Below, one piece after another: positions 9,642-20,693 of a stretch of DNA of 24,654 nt. A program made the position numbers and the translations under genes. The notes under the pieces are model-generated. The model did not search any database, was not told the origin of the DNA, and saw only the letters and a program-made list of their open reading frames with translations. Position 1 is the stretch's first letter. Each line of letters starts with the position of its first letter. The stretch lies in the UHGV virus genome UHGV-1451352. One strand, written 5' to 3'. This stretch comes from a virus.

Positions 9642-10334
9642 TTAAAACAACGAGCCAAGCAGACCAAGACCGCCGCCGATCGCAGCCCCCCACGGAGTTG
9701 ATGAACCAATTAATTTCGCAAGTCCAGCCCCAGCAATAGCACCAGACGCACCTCCGCCAATAGCAGATTGCATTGCTGATGGTCTGTTGGCATTTGCCGC
9801 TGCAAGAGCCGCACTTTGCTGCGAAATCTGACTCATGTTGTTGGCATATGTCTGCCCGGCGTTTGCCTGACCTTGCAGTGCGCCAAGACCAATGTTTGCC
9901 AGATTCTGGTAGTTGTTCATCTGACCAGACAGCCACTGCTGACCAAGCGTTGGTGCGATTGTTGCTAACTGATTACCGGTTGCAGTGGAACCCAATCCAC
10001 CTGTTGCTTCCGCTGCCGCCAGACTCTGATAGCGAGCCTGACCAGCAAGATCTTTGTACTGCTGAGAGTTGTAATACTGGTTAAGTGCCTGACCTTGCCC
10101 TTCCAGAGACGATAAGTTCTCGAGGCTGCCGACATACATATCAGCCAGAGGAGTAAACGGCTTCAGGTTGTTCATGATGGTGTTGAACTGCTGATTTTGC
10201 AGGTCTGCGGCATACTTCTGGGCTTCTGCTGCATACTTTGCGCTTTTATCAGAACTGCCACCTTTCCCGCCTTTTTCAGGGCAATAAGGTTCCTCGCCGC
10301 GCAGTTTTCTGCCCAGCTTAAATGCATATAACAT
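9642..10334 (-). CDS. Ejection protein, P22 gp7-like, 230 aa
   Basis: Synteny and size (P22 gp7 is ~229 aa); Gln/Ala-rich with a C-terminal Gly-rich hydrophobic segment. Confidence 0.8.
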   Translation of the reverse strand: MLYAFKLGRKLRGEEPYCPEKGGKGGSSDKSAKYAAEAQKYAADLQNQQFNTIMNNLKPFTPLADMYVGSLENLSSLEGQGQALNQYYNSQQYKDLAGQARYQSLAAAEATGGLGSTATGNQLATIAPTLGQQWLSGQMNNYQNLANIGLGALQGQANAGQTYANNMSQISQQSAALAAANANRPSAMQSAIGGGASGAIAGAGLAKLIGSSTPWGAAIGGGLGLLGSLF

Positions 10335-10336
10335 GG

Positions 10337-10792
10337 CTATCTCCCGTGATTCAGAAATTCGATTAGTTCTTCGCGTGTAGCACTGTAAAATGTCACGTCA
10401 TCCACGCCTTTGAAGTATTTCTTGATGGTTCCTACACGATTAAGGCCAATCATTGCGCAGTACATCTGCCCGTGGCGGAATTTGCGCGCAGCGAACGATG
10501 TGACACACTGAACAGTGGTGTTAGTCAGAATGTATCGCCAGAACTCCAGCCCGATTTCCTTGCTGAAGCCACGAACCTCTGGCAGGTACATGGCGTGGCA
10601 ATCGAATGTAAGCGGCTGAATCTCCTGATAGTAAACAATGCCGCCGAACTGCCCGTGCACGTTCACCTCAAAGTAACGGCAATCAGGTTTGTAGTCGTAT
10701 CCATCACCGTTGTTGCTTCCGGCAATAATGTCAGGGTGATTTCCGACTGCTTCGATCAGGTCGATGTTTCGCGTTGGTTTGAATGTAATCAT
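10337..10792 (-). CDS. P22 gp14-like protein (head completion or ejection-associated), 151 aa
   Basis: Synteny between the tail needle and gp7. Start is translationally coupled to the gp26 stop. Confidence 0.7.
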   Translation of the reverse strand: MITFKPTRNIDLIEAVGNHPDIIAGSNNGDGYDYKPDCRYFEVNVHGQFGGIVYYQEIQPLTFDCHAMYLPEVRGFSKEIGLEFWRYILTNTTVQCVTSFAARKFRHGQMYCAMIGLNRVGTIKKYFKGVDDVTFYSATREELIEFLNHGR

Positions 10793-11493
10793 CAGTCAAT
10801 CAACCCATGAGTCCGTAATGCATCTTCCAGAGCTTTGATACGCTGCCGCGCCTGCTGCAATCCTGTAGCCATAGCCGACACCTCAGACCGTGTGTATGTG
10901 GCACTTACCGTGTATGTCTGGTTAGCGTTGAATGAGCCGCGAAGAGCCGTACCTGTAGCCGCTGTCCACCCTGTCTGACGAGCACCAATAACCTTGGTGC
11001 CGCCGACCGAATAGGATGTTGTTACATTGAGGGGAGATGCCAGCGATTGTGTTGCAGTGGCTGTTTTCGATACATAGTCGTCCTGTAATGCAGAAATGTT
11101 GCTCTCAGCAGTCGTAACCCGGCCATCAAGAGCGCTGACGTCAGCCTGTAAAGTGACTATTTCTCCTTCAGCCGTGGTTAGTCTGACATCCAGCGCTGCA
11201 ATTGCCGCAGTATTCGCAGCAATACGGATTTCATGGTCATCTACTTCAATGCGGAGCTGACGAATTCTTTCTTCGTGATCGACCAGAATCACATCCTGCT
11301 CATCGTTCCTGACTTGTGCGTCATAAGCACCATGTCCGGCCTCGTTGGCCTTGTTCGCCACGTTACCAACATCAGCACCCTGTGCAATAACGTACAGCAG
11401 ATATGACTGCGAGAAGATATTGCGTGGAAGGATTGATGTATCGAGCCGCGTCGCCTGCACAATAACAGGGGTGTTGAGATTCGAATCAGCCAT
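10792..11493 (-). CDS. Tail needle (P22 gp26-like), 233 aa
   Basis: [37 protein letters not shown] ... ALRTHGLID aligns with P22 gp26 as I recall it; central coiled-coil heptads. Confidence 0.9.
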   Translation of the reverse strand: MADSNLNTPVIVQATRLDTSILPRNIFSQSYLLYVIAQGADVGNVANKANEAGHGAYDAQVRNDEQDVILVDHEERIRQLRIEVDDHEIRIAANTAAIAALDVRLTTAEGEIVTLQADVSALDGRVTTAESNISALQDDYVSKTATATQSLASPLNVTTSYSVGGTKVIGARQTGWTAATGTALRGSFNANQTYTVSATYTRSEVSAMATGLQQARQRIKALEDALRTHGLID

Positions 11494-12911
11494 TACTCAA
11501 TCCTTATCTGGCAACCAGACAGGGTGACAGGTGACTTAGTGATAACGCGCAATTTGAAGCCGACATTTTTCCTGATGCGCCCGACACGCTTCCACAAAAC
11601 GCGTTTGTCGTAAACGAACGGTTCATTCTGCTCAATCATCTGCTCACGCCCATAATTTATGCCGTCAGTGGTTGCAGAGAGGAACAGGCGGTCGGCGTAC
11701 TGAGCTACGCCAGTGGATGATTCCACCTCCAGATCGAAGCATCTGGCGTTATCCGCTTTGAACAGTGGAGTAAACAGCAGGTGTTCCTGTTGAAGCCCAT
11801 ACTGACTGCTGATATCGAACTGCAATTTCCCGGTCACCGATTCCAGCTTATCGCCGCACGTTATCTGATTTCCTTCGTAAATGAAGTCGATAGCGCGGTA
11901 CACATCGTCATACAGACCTGTTTTCAGCACACACCATTGCGGACCATTGGCACTTGAAGATGCGTCGTATACCAGGACATGGCGCGGAAGGTGGATAATC
12001 AGCAACTCATGCGCATCAAATCGCAGAGACTCCATCACGCCATCAGCCAGTTCATCAGCAGTGTAGGAGCGGAGGATTTTCTCAATGCTCGCGCTGGCGA
12101 TTGGTGAAACCTGACCGGATCCGATGATGTATACAGACGGAGCACCTGTTGCCGGATTGCTGATGAACGCATACGAATCAGCAAACGGCGTTTTGCAGTA
12201 AGTCCCGGCAATGCCTTTTTGCACCATCAGCGATGGCTGTGCGACATACAAAGCGGCACCAACGGTGGTTGCCCCAGTCAGGGAGAAATATTCAATCGTC
12301 GATGAACCAAAACAGACGATGAAATCTCGCCATGTGCCGATACCTATGATGCCGTCCGGCTGAGATTCTGCGCGATATTGAGCACTGTAACGGTCAGGGT
12401 GCGATTCGTCTTCAAGGTCAGTGATAAACCATGAATCAGTACCGTCTTTTGACCACGCATAACGCCCACGTAAGCGCGTAATGTCGCGGACTGAGCCTAA
12501 CTCATACTGCGTGAATCCGCTGTCTGTAGGCCAGTTTGAGACGGTTTTAACCGTGCCATCATAGCGATACTCGACCAGTTGACCATTAACGCCTACCGCC
12601 TGTGATGTCCGACCATGCGCCATTGATACGCGACCACTTCCGGCAACATCACCGACTTCGCTTTCGCCTTTGTAGAGCTTGCCGCCACACACACGATAGA
12701 CAGCATTCTGCGCCATGTTGTACTCGACGCCGCGAGATACACCATTCACATCAGAACGTTTGGCAATGCCCGGGAATGAGCGAAGATATCCCGATGAATT
12801 CAACACCTCCTTGGGCGTAGCTAAAAGATTGACTGGAAGTTGGTCTATATAATCAGCATTAACCGCACTTTTCCCTAATCCCTTCATTAGTGGTAGTTGT
12901 TGTATTGCCAT
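11493..12911 (-). CDS. Tail hub / head-completion protein (P22 gp10-like), 472 aa
   Basis: ORF 11493..12920, whose listed start is a TTG. The ATG at 12911 ([11 protein letters not shown]...) gives the P22 gp10 N-terminus and the same length as P22 gp10. The C-terminus ...[11 protein letters not shown] matches my recollection. Confidence 0.9.
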   Translation of the reverse strand: MAIQQLPLMKGLGKSAVNADYIDQLPVNLLATPKEVLNSSGYLRSFPGIAKRSDVNGVSRGVEYNMAQNAVYRVCGGKLYKGESEVGDVAGSGRVSMAHGRTSQAVGVNGQLVEYRYDGTVKTVSNWPTDSGFTQYELGSVRDITRLRGRYAWSKDGTDSWFITDLEDESHPDRYSAQYRAESQPDGIIGIGTWRDFIVCFGSSTIEYFSLTGATTVGAALYVAQPSLMVQKGIAGTYCKTPFADSYAFISNPATGAPSVYIIGSGQVSPIASASIEKILRSYTADELADGVMESLRFDAHELLIIHLPRHVLVYDASSSANGPQWCVLKTGLYDDVYRAIDFIYEGNQITCGDKLESVTGKLQFDISSQYGLQQEHLLFTPLFKADNARCFDLEVESSTGVAQYADRLFLSATTDGINYGREQMIEQNEPFVYDKRVLWKRVGRIRKNVGFKLRVITKSPVTLSGCQIRIE

Positions 12912-13443
12912 TGGAATCAACCTTTATATGAACCCAGTTAGCATCACGCTTTAGCCTACTTGCCCAGGTCTTAGATATCCCGTACTTAGCCGCAATTACT
13001 GACAAGCTTTCTTTTGATGACTTGATTGCAAGAACATCGTCATCACTCAACTTGTGTTTTGGGTGCTTGGTTCCGAAAAACTTGATTGGTTTCTTTAATC
13101 CTGTGGCGTATGCATGTTTGATGTTTTCGCTTTGAGTGCACCACTCAAGATTATTGACGTTATTATTGAGTGGATTGCCATCAATATGATTTACCTGAGG
13201 CTTGTTTTCAGGATTTGGCAGGAATGTAATTGCAACGATTCGATGGGCAAAAGTCCATTTTGCTCCGATATTATAAAGCACCCTTCCCTGATTTATTTTA
13301 GGCTTTAACCAGCGCCCCTTTCTGAGTTGCGTGCTGCCATGCGCAGCCTTAACAACACGTGAGTGAGAATACACCCTGCCATCTTCTGTTACGGCATAAA
13401 CACCTTCAAATCCAGGTATATCTTTAGCATTCTCAGAAAGCAT
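12859..13443 (-). CDS. Free-standing HNH homing endonuclease (NUMOD4-like N-terminus, HNH core, C-terminal helix-turn-helix-like region), 194 aa
   Basis: IPGFEGVYAVTEDGRVYSH (NUMOD4-like), QVNHIDGNPLNNNVNNLEWCTQSENIKHA (HNH), SDDDVLAIKS...LSVIAAKYGISKTWASRLKR (NUMOD1/HTH-like). AAGGAG ribosome-binding site; AT-rich. Inserted between gp4 and gp10, which are adjacent in P22. Its 3' end overlaps the gp10 start by 53 nt. Confidence 0.85.
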   Translation of the reverse strand: MLSENAKDIPGFEGVYAVTEDGRVYSHSRVVKAAHGSTQLRKGRWLKPKINQGRVLYNIGAKWTFAHRIVAITFLPNPENKPQVNHIDGNPLNNNVNNLEWCTQSENIKHAYATGLKKPIKFFGTKHPKHKLSDDDVLAIKSSKESLSVIAAKYGISKTWASRLKRDANWVHIKVDSNGNTTTTTNEGIREKCG

Positions 13444-13479
13444 ATCTACTCCTTAAAGTTTCGATTTTTCATGTACTTA

Positions 13480-13584
13480 TTATATCAAAATTGCCAGCAT
13501 ATTCACTGGCAGATAGTCGATATAGTCGGCGTTTCGAAAGTCTTTGCCGACACCTTTCATAAGCGGAAGTTGCTGAATCGGCAT
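13480..13584 (-). pseudogene. Orphan 5' fragment of an ancestral gp10 gene (34 codons), left by the endonuclease insertion
   Basis: My translation of the - strand from the ATG at 13584..13582 (overlapping the gp4 stop as TAATG) gives [31 protein letters not shown] followed by ILI-stop. This matches the P22 gp10 N-terminus for 31 residues, then diverges into the AT-rich endonuclease leader. Confidence 0.75.
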
Positions 13585-14084
13585 TATTCGCTCCCGTTAT
13601 CGCAAGGTTCCTTTCGGTGGAAGTAATTCCAACCGTTCCACTTCGCCAACTGGTTTCCACTGCCAACAGGCATACGGTTTGGATAACCGGACTTACATTT
13701 AGCGGCTTTTGCTCTGTCCATTGCAGACAGTTTGACGAGTCGCTCTTTCCCGTATCTGGCAGTGGTTATAAGTTTTGCTGACGCTTCCAGCGCATAATCT
13801 GGAGCAATGCGGCAGGCAAGGTTGAAAATGACGGCATTTATAGCGTTATTTGATAATCCGTGCTCATCTCCCGGATCTGGAGCGACATCTGCATCAGCAA
13901 AAATGTAGCCAACGTTGATACCAGGTGACACATCACCGCCAAGCCATTCAGCCATCATCATTTCAAGGTCGTTGACGCCATCTTCCATGGACTGCGGTTC
14001 GACATCGGTTAACGTGGCATTTGATGCCACACCGAGCTTACGTAATGCCGCAAGAACTAAATCACCCTTCGTTGTCAGGTTCAT
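13584..14084 (-). CDS. Head completion / tail accessory protein (P22 gp4-like), 166 aa
   Basis: ORF 13584..14153. From the ATG at 14084 ([33 protein letters not shown]...) it matches the P22 gp4 N-terminus and length as I recall them. Confidence 0.85.
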   Translation of the reverse strand: MNLTTKGDLVLAALRKLGVASNATLTDVEPQSMEDGVNDLEMMMAEWLGGDVSPGINVGYIFADADVAPDPGDEHGLSNNAINAVIFNLACRIAPDYALEASAKLITTARYGKERLVKLSAMDRAKAAKCKSGYPNRMPVGSGNQLAKWNGWNYFHRKEPCDNGSE

Positions 14085-14292
14085 CTGCTGCCGCCTTAGG
14101 TTTTCGACCAGGCTTTTTACGCTGTTTTTCTTCTGGCTCTGGCTCTGCAACATCCTTCAGAAGATCATCAGGATGTGCAAACCAGCCAGCATCCAGATAT
14201 TCCTGAAGCTCTTCGGCTTTCACGATTTCAAAGTCGTATCCAACGCCTTTCCACTTCTTCATGTCTCCATGACGAAAGATCATGTGTGTCAT
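14062..14292 (-). CDS. Small hypothetical protein between coat and gp4 (76 aa, Lys/Glu/Pro-rich tail)
   Basis: ORF 14062..14340. The ATG at 14292 follows a GGAG ribosome-binding site and begins after the coat terminator hairpin. Overlaps the gp4 start by 23 nt (translational coupling). Confidence 0.5.
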   Translation of the reverse strand: MTHMIFRHGDMKKWKGVGYDFEIVKAEELQEYLDAGWFAHPDDLLKDVAEPEPEEKQRKKPGRKPKAAADEPDNEG

Positions 14293-14303
14293 GCTTGTCT
14301 CCA

Positions 14304-14328
14304 GATAAAAAAGGGAGCCGAAGCTCCC
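14304..14328 (-). terminator. Intrinsic terminator immediately downstream of the coat gene
   Basis: On the - strand RNA: GGGAGC-UUCG-GCUCCC hairpin followed by UUUUUUAUCU, starting 9 nt after the coat stop codon. Confidence 0.6.
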
Positions 14329-14336
14329 TCTGGTTA

Positions 14337-15632
14337 TCACGCGGTCTGGTTAGGCAGACCAACACCAATTGCCTCTGGTCGTACAGCACATGCTGAATAC
14401 CACACAGCAATACGGCACTTGCCAGACAGAGTGTTGATATCCCCCTGCGTTGCGAAGATGCCGTTAACACCAATACCTGGAATGCTGAAGGAAGAAGTTT
14501 TCATGCCAGCAAACAGTTCATGGGTTACCGGAATCGGCTGAGACAGCAGGCGGATTGAGTCATCAGCCCAGAACACGTTAGCGGTGGTTGTTGCCACGTT
14601 CAGAACGTTTACCGGAGTGGTATCAGCAAGAGAGGTGTTTACGTTAGCGTAAGCCTTCTCTTCTTTTGTCAGTGACGCGTCATCCAGCGCAATCGGCTTC
14701 GGCGTGATTTCGATGTGAGTACCATCTATCACACGGGTGATTGAGAAAGTCGCATCATCAGTCAGCACGTTCTTCGCCATCTGAGACAGGAATTTCACAC
14801 CAGTGAAGCTGATTTTGTCGCCGCGCTTAAATCCGGTGGTGGAGGATACGGTCACCGTTGCAACACGGTTGTCGACGTTCTCTTTGTTACCATCGGTATC
14901 AAGGGTGTATGCCTGCGGCTTAAACTTCTGCGCACCAGAAACAGTTACACCAGTAGCGGTTGACTTGGTAACTGCCGGAAGTTTCGGTGAGCGAAGAATT
15001 TCATCAAAGCCAGCAATCTGACGCTGAATAGTACCGTTACGATACGCTTCTTCAGGAACGCGCCCAAAGATGTCACCATCTACCAGGTTGCGGCCTGCTT
15101 TGCGGTAATCGTCAGGGTTCAGGAAGTAACTGATGCCCATATCGCGGTTTAGCTCACGGGAGAACATCAGGCGCTCTGCATCAGACACAAAATCCCAACC
15201 AGACAGGCCAGTAGATGGACCAATTGCGCGGGTATCGTGAACAACAAGTGAGCCCATTTCAGTTGCCTGTTTGGCAATTGCTGACTCAATGTTATTCGCC
15301 AGTTTTTTGGCGGATGCCTGGATGCGGCGACGGTAAGAACGCTCATCACGCAGATCATCTGCACGAAGCTCGAAGAAATCGTTATCCGGATCGCCCATGT
15401 TGCATTTCACGGAGAGTTCCAGAATCCCGGTTGCGTTGCCAGTTAAATCCCAGCCAGTCTGGGTTGGCGCTTCCTGCTCAACAGGCATCCACACGGTGTT
15501 GCTTGAACGCTGCATGGATTCTGCCGGAGGGGTGTATTTTGTCACTTTGGACGCCATTGGCGTCAGGTTCTGGACGGTTTCGATGATTTCATCCAGAGCA
15601 TACGTGACCAGTTGACCTTCATTTAATGCCAT
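14337..15632 (-). CDS. Major coat protein (P22 gp5-like), 431 aa
   Basis: MALNEGQ.VT.A.DEIIET ... GVGLP.QTA aligns along its length with P22 coat protein as I recall it. Confidence 0.92.
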   Translation of the reverse strand: MALNEGQLVTYALDEIIETVQNLTPMASKVTKYTPPAESMQRSSNTVWMPVEQEAPTQTGWDLTGNATGILELSVKCNMGDPDNDFFELRADDLRDERSYRRRIQASAKKLANNIESAIAKQATEMGSLVVHDTRAIGPSTGLSGWDFVSDAERLMFSRELNRDMGISYFLNPDDYRKAGRNLVDGDIFGRVPEEAYRNGTIQRQIAGFDEILRSPKLPAVTKSTATGVTVSGAQKFKPQAYTLDTDGNKENVDNRVATVTVSSTTGFKRGDKISFTGVKFLSQMAKNVLTDDATFSITRVIDGTHIEITPKPIALDDASLTKEEKAYANVNTSLADTTPVNVLNVATTTANVFWADDSIRLLSQPIPVTHELFAGMKTSSFSIPGIGVNGIFATQGDINTLSGKCRIAVWYSACAVRPEAIGVGLPNQTA

Positions 15633-16543
15633 TATCGAATTCCTTTATTCAGTTGCGCCTTAAGCTTGCGGTACGTCTCTACATCCCCTTTGTTTGCTGC
15701 CGCTTCCATCTGCTTTTCAATCGCAGAGATATTTGCAGCAACAGCGTGCCCCTGAATGGGTTCATCAGGTAACGGGGCTTCTGAAACAGGCTTGGCTCGA
15801 GGCTTGAGAGTTAAACGTTCTGACAGTCGAGTGAGTTCAATCAGCGCGGATTGCCCGTCCATCGCCAGCAACTGGCGTGTTTTCTCAGGATTAGCACCAA
15901 GGTGATACATGAGAGCGGCGGATTTCTCCGGGAAGAGGCGCATGATGTCGGCACCGACTGCTGGCGGCACCAGTTGCATGAATGCATCCTCTTTCTCCTG
16001 ATAGTCAGGGATATTGAGCTTTTCCGCTGCGTCGTAGTGCTTACGGGCTGCCTCGACGTATTGCGCTGATTGCTGGGTGAACTCCTGAGTTTTGCGACCC
16101 TGCTCGGCGACAGCCTGGCTTCGTGCGTCCATAGCCTTGATCTGCCATTCACTGTTTGCCTGCTGGAAGGCAGCCAGTGCGCGGCTCTGGTCATAGTCGT
16201 ACTTAGCCAGTGCATCTTCGGAAAGATAATCGTTAGGGTCTGGTTGTTTTGGTAACTCAGGGTTCACCCGCAGGTGCTCCGGCAACTCTCCACGCTTAAC
16301 CGCTTCCATCTGCTGCTCAAGCTCACGCTGGCGTTTGCGTTCAATGCGGCGACGGGCAAATTCAGCATTAGTTGCCGGGTCTTGTTTTGGTTTCTCATCG
16401 TCTTTCAGGACAATCTCGAAGCCTTCTTCCTGACCTGCGTTGTCGTTGGCATTATCGACAACTAAGCCATCAGCAGATGCCGCTGCATGATTGCCGGGCA
16501 GGGTTAATTCTTCAGAAGCCTGAATGTCGGTGGTTTGGTCCAT
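15632..16543 (-). CDS. Scaffolding protein (P22 gp8-like), 303 aa
   Basis: Synteny between portal and coat; same length as P22 gp8; highly charged helical composition. Confidence 0.85.
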   Translation of the reverse strand: MDQTTDIQASEELTLPGNHAAASADGLVVDNANDNAGQEEGFEIVLKDDEKPKQDPATNAEFARRRIERKRQRELEQQMEAVKRGELPEHLRVNPELPKQPDPNDYLSEDALAKYDYDQSRALAAFQQANSEWQIKAMDARSQAVAEQGRKTQEFTQQSAQYVEAARKHYDAAEKLNIPDYQEKEDAFMQLVPPAVGADIMRLFPEKSAALMYHLGANPEKTRQLLAMDGQSALIELTRLSERLTLKPRAKPVSEAPLPDEPIQGHAVAANISAIEKQMEAAANKGDVETYRKLKAQLNKGIR

Positions 16544-16556
16544 GATTAACTCTCTC

Positions 16557-18722
16557 TTATTGAGGTGTCTCGGCTACTCCGCCGGAGGGGATTTGAACTT
16601 GACGCATAAGATTCGCGAAATCCATGCGTTGTGAATGAGTCTGGTCTGCATCTTTAAGAAGCAGCTCAGCGTTAGCACGAGCATCTTTGCTGCGCTGTTG
16701 CTGGAATTGACCTACGAGCTTGAGGTACTCACGCAGTTCTGCCTGCTTGTCGAGGTCCATATTGTTGAAGATTTCTGCAATCTTCGCGGCGTTGAGTTGG
16801 TTTTGGGCTTCAACCTTGGCAGCTTCAACCTGAATCTGCGCCTGTTGGTTCTCTGCCTTGAGCAATTCAGCCTGACCTTGCAGAAGGATACCCTGCGCCT
16901 GAATTTGCTCTGCTGATGGCTGCTGCGGCTGTTGTTGTGCCTGCTGCACCATCTCCATCTCTTCAGGTGTTTCTGGTTTCTTCAGCCCCATCATCACCAG
17001 TTGCTTGTTCGCGTACTCTCGCATCATCTCGACGCCTTTACCGTCAAGCAGCGTGAAGTATTGCAGCATCAGCATCTGGAACTCTGGAGTACCTTGCGGA
17101 ACCTTGGTGAGTAACTCCTGAATCTCTGCGCGGTTCTGTTCCTTCATACTCTGGAAGGATGGTCCAACGTCTGTATAGCACTCATAGCGACCGCGAATGT
17201 CGTTGAGTGTGACCACATTGCCAGACTGGTAATCTACAACTTGCGCATAGAGTTGAATGTCTTTCTCGCTTCCATCTTCAAGTGTCAGCGTTACATGGCG
17301 AGGAACGTCATAAATATCGTTGACCATTGAGGCATAAATCTCGCCATCACGTCGCATTGCGGTAGCCAGGTTATCCTGAAACACGTATGTCTCAAGGTCT
17401 GCCCGCATGTTCAGTTGATTGACGGTATCGAAAGCGACCTGACCATTTGCCTCCTGCGCATCCACGCCAAGACTAGCCACCTCTTTCACTGCGTTGGTGG
17501 CAGCCTCAAGCATGTAAGCGTTGGCTTGCGGCACTTCAGGGTTTTCCATGTAGGAGATTGGACCAATCGGCAGGTCGTTACCGTTTTCATCGGTCCTGTT
17601 CTGCAGATAGTACGGATAGTCATCATTTCCACCGTACATGTATTCGTAGCCTTCGATTTGCTCAGGGAAGAAGGTAGGTTTCTTCTTCGGTGAACGAGCA
17701 ACAATATCGGCGTTGAACGACATGATCATGTTACGAAGGCGTTGACCGTCTTTCGTCAGCCTTACCACTCCTTCGTAGCACTCCTTGTCACCAGCGAATG
17801 ACCATTCGCCATACACTGGAACGATTGGAATATGCTCTCCGGCTATCTTCTCGCGGTCTTTCAGTATCTGCGTGCAGGTGATGATCGACTTATACACACG
17901 CCGACGCTTCAACTTGCGCTCTGCTACCTTAATGAATCCACGATTAGCCAGGTCGTCGATGACGTCTTTGATATCCTGCTGGTAATAGCTGACCGGCTCA
18001 CCTGTCAGCGGGTCGCGGTAGATGAAGACTTTCTCTTTCTTCTCTTCTACCTCGTAATACTCAGCGACGTAGACGACATCATTCGATACCCACGGAAACA
18101 GCCATGTGTCGTTCGGATTCTGGAAAGATGGCAGGGTGTCCGGATCAATACCGTAATCCTCTGCGAACTCTTTCCAGCCATTGCGTGACAAAGCGTTAAT
18201 CACCGTGCAGTGCTTAGCGTCGCTCTTATCCATCTGCTTGCTGTTGGCGTCCCATATGACGTGTGAGCAGGCTTCATGGATTGGCAGGCGTCGGATTACC
18301 TGATTGTTGCTTGTTGGGTCGTTGTCTTCGTACTGTGTGACCAGACGCCATGCACCAACGCCGGACTCTATCTGCTCACGAACGCCAACGTTAACGGCAA
18401 TCTTTGCCGTGTTATGGCGCATATCAGTACGATACATCCCCATCAACACATCGGCTGCCTCAGGATTAGCGCCGTCTTTGGGTCGGAAGAGAACGTCGAT
18501 AGGGTTCCGGCGCATCTCTGCGACCAGTTTCCTGACCACTGGGCGGACAACATCGAATTGTCCGCGATATTGCAGGGTGGTGTAGTTTGATAGCCAGTCA
18601 TCCCATTGCGACACTCGGCTAAAATACAGGTCATTTGTCGCCTCGGTTCTGGCTTCATCGCTCGCCATCCAGTCCGCGTCAAACTTACACAGAATGGAAT
18701 TGAGTCTGTTTTCGTCGGCCAT
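16557..18722 (-). CDS. Portal protein (P22 gp1-like), 721 aa
   Basis: [37 protein letters not shown] and the rest align with P22 portal as I recall it, including the long C-terminal Gln-rich helical barrel region. Confidence 0.92.
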   Translation of the reverse strand: MADENRLNSILCKFDADWMASDEARTEATNDLYFSRVSQWDDWLSNYTTLQYRGQFDVVRPVVRKLVAEMRRNPIDVLFRPKDGANPEAADVLMGMYRTDMRHNTAKIAVNVGVREQIESGVGAWRLVTQYEDNDPTSNNQVIRRLPIHEACSHVIWDANSKQMDKSDAKHCTVINALSRNGWKEFAEDYGIDPDTLPSFQNPNDTWLFPWVSNDVVYVAEYYEVEEKKEKVFIYRDPLTGEPVSYYQQDIKDVIDDLANRGFIKVAERKLKRRRVYKSIITCTQILKDREKIAGEHIPIVPVYGEWSFAGDKECYEGVVRLTKDGQRLRNMIMSFNADIVARSPKKKPTFFPEQIEGYEYMYGGNDDYPYYLQNRTDENGNDLPIGPISYMENPEVPQANAYMLEAATNAVKEVASLGVDAQEANGQVAFDTVNQLNMRADLETYVFQDNLATAMRRDGEIYASMVNDIYDVPRHVTLTLEDGSEKDIQLYAQVVDYQSGNVVTLNDIRGRYECYTDVGPSFQSMKEQNRAEIQELLTKVPQGTPEFQMLMLQYFTLLDGKGVEMMREYANKQLVMMGLKKPETPEEMEMVQQAQQQPQQPSAEQIQAQGILLQGQAELLKAENQQAQIQVEAAKVEAQNQLNAAKIAEIFNNMDLDKQAELREYLKLVGQFQQQRSKDARANAELLLKDADQTHSQRMDFANLMRQVQIPSGGVAETPQ

Positions 18723-20222
18723 TTAAGTTCTCCGTGCGATGGGCCTGATTGGGGCTGGTATCTTTTTCTCTTTTGGTTTTTTGATGTCGCGCATCATTTT
18801 TGCGAAGCGGCGCATCATGTATGCATAGCGAACGGCTGAGAGAACGTCGTCGTTAAGCTTGACGATTTTCCCGTTTTCATCACGGTGATAGAGGCGGAAC
18901 TCCTCAAAGAATGGCTCACAGGTGTTGAATACTTTGAAGCGACCATCGAGCATCATGTCGCGCAATTCAGTGATGCCAGGCTCAACAGCATTACCGCCAT
19001 CAGGCCATGTCGCATGCTCCTGTAACATCATAAATCCAGCGTCTGCATACTGCCCTTTGAGCTGCTCACCGCCGCCCTTCTCATGCTGGTTTCCGTCATG
19101 AGGCCATGCGGTTGGCACTTTATGCGCCCATGATTTAACAGCCCCCCATGCCTGAACAGCTGTTTTTTCTTTCGCCTTCCACACGCGTGAAACGTAGATT
19201 GTGTCTGCGTCCTTATCCCACCAAAGCTGAACCTGAGCCTGTGGGTGATCCCATCCGAAATCCATCCCGCCAATCACGTAGAAGTGATCAGGACACTCGA
19301 ACGGCTGACACTTAATAGTCTCTTCCGGTATCTGGAAGATTCGACCACTACCCATCGTAGGAATACCGCGAGCACGCGCCTCTCTCTCATGCTCAGGATA
19401 AGATGCGATGATTTGCTCTTTCTGTTCGTCTGTGTAGTGCTCAGCGTCGTAGATGGTCATGTTGACCACTTTCTGCGACTTGCTGGGATTCTTCAGGAAC
19501 TTGGTAACAACGTCAGACATCCCCATCAGCGGGGTAAACGTCAGAATTGAGAATTGACCGTATTTGTTGGTACGGGTAAGACCTTCGCCATAAATGCTGT
19601 ATGGTGGCTCTTCGTCAAACCACACGCCGTGGATTGTGTCACCCTGCCAGCGAGCACGGCCTTGCGAGTATGGTTTGAAGTAGCAGATTGAAATGCCATC
19701 TTCAACGCCATCAGCCGTGTGATGCTTAACCAGAAGGTGATCAACAAGGTTCGGAAAGAAAGGAGACTTCTTCCAGCTAATGATGTCATCTTTCGGTATT
19801 GAACCGTAGCCCGGTTCATCATTCTCTTCAATACGACCGCACAGGATGCGTTGAGTCGTTTTGGTTACCGTCTCGTTTGTCTCGCCGCCAATCCAGAAGA
19901 CAACAGGCTCATAGAAACGCCTACCTTTCCACTCACCGCCATATTTACCATCAGCAGGATAGCCTTTTGTGCCCGGATAACGCCCGGTAAGGTGAAACGC
20001 GACTTCAGCAGCACCAGTAAATGACTTACCAATCTGGTTACCAGCCATAAAACAGCGCTCTGGATAGTCATGCCCGGCGTCGATGAACTCACGCTGTTTG
20101 CTGTATGGCGTAAATTCATATAGCAGGTGTGTGTTCCGGTAGTTCTCTTCTTCTTCGAGTAGCTCGAGCAATTCGATTTGCTCTTCGTCGCTCAGGTTAT
20201 CAAGAATCGCGTCCAGTTCCAC
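18723..20222 (-). CDS. Terminase large subunit (P22 gp2-like), 499 aa
   Basis: Same length as P22 gp2; N-terminal ATPase region with a Walker A-like GNQIGKS motif; start overlaps the small terminase 3' end. Confidence 0.9.
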   Translation of the reverse strand: MELDAILDNLSDEEQIELLELLEEEENYRNTHLLYEFTPYSKQREFIDAGHDYPERCFMAGNQIGKSFTGAAEVAFHLTGRYPGTKGYPADGKYGGEWKGRRFYEPVVFWIGGETNETVTKTTQRILCGRIEENDEPGYGSIPKDDIISWKKSPFFPNLVDHLLVKHHTADGVEDGISICYFKPYSQGRARWQGDTIHGVWFDEEPPYSIYGEGLTRTNKYGQFSILTFTPLMGMSDVVTKFLKNPSKSQKVVNMTIYDAEHYTDEQKEQIIASYPEHEREARARGIPTMGSGRIFQIPEETIKCQPFECPDHFYVIGGMDFGWDHPQAQVQLWWDKDADTIYVSRVWKAKEKTAVQAWGAVKSWAHKVPTAWPHDGNQHEKGGGEQLKGQYADAGFMMLQEHATWPDGGNAVEPGITELRDMMLDGRFKVFNTCEPFFEEFRLYHRDENGKIVKLNDDVLSAVRYAYMMRRFAKMMRDIKKPKEKKIPAPIRPIARRT

Positions 20223-20688
20223 GGTTGAATAGCTCCTTGATACGAGAGCGTCGCTTATCGCGATCTCCCTTATCAGGTGTCACGTCTTCAACTTGCGACT
20301 GCTCTTTGAGGCCCAAATCACGGGCGATGATGTTAGCGTTGAGAAGGTCAGCGGCTGCGCCAGAGAATTTCTGGTCGTAGATGACCTGCTCTGCTCGCGT
20401 AACGACTTCAGATAAATCTTCTCGCAGGCGATATGTGCGCCATGTTTCAAGCGTCACATCAATGAAAAGAGTGAGGCCTGTAATGGTCATCGCTCGCATC
20501 TTGGCGATAGGCTCTTGTATCACTTCACCCTGATACGAGAACGCCTTCATCTCCCATAGCGGGTTAGCTTCCACCCACTCGAAGTATTCACAACAAGCAG
20601 CCCACAGCGCCTCAGGCGATTCGAATTTAGGATTTCGCCCATGACTACTGCGGGCCTCCCAAAATCGGTTGCCCTTTGGTGCTGCCAT
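20200..20688 (-). CDS. Terminase small subunit (P22 gp3-like), 162 aa
   Basis: Same length as P22 gp3; contains the pac sequence within its coding region. Confidence 0.9.
   Translation of the reverse strand: MAAPKGNRFWEARSSHGRNPKFESPEALWAACCEYFEWVEANPLWEMKAFSYQGEVIQEPIAKMRAMTITGLTLFIDVTLETWRTYRLREDLSEVVTRAEQVIYDQKFSGAAADLLNANIIARDLGLKEQSQVEDVTPDKGDRDKRRSRIKELFNRGTGRDS
20400..20421 (-). other. pac site (headful packaging initiation) inside the small terminase gene
   Basis: The - strand reads GAAGATTTATCTGAAGTCGTTA, which matches the 22-bp P22 pac site as I remember it, within 1-2 positions. It encodes ...EDLSEVVT... of the small terminase. Confidence 0.65.
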
Positions 20689-20693
20689 ATTGA

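Noticed and set aside
9254-9936. - strand ORFs (69 and 109 aa) in alternative frames within the gp20 and gp7 genes
   Set aside because: Out-of-frame overlaps with conserved ejection genes; Cys/Trp/Arg-rich junk translations.
12911-12920. Listed gp10 start at 12920
   Set aside because: The codon at 12920 is TTG. The ATG at 12911 reproduces the conserved gp10 N-terminus (M-x-IQQLP) and the P22 protein length, so 12911 was used.
14084-14153. N-terminal extension of the gp4 ORF (first 23 codons)
   Set aside because: The extension overlaps the preceding small ORF and is absent from P22 gp4 as I recall it; the internal ATG gives the expected 166 aa.
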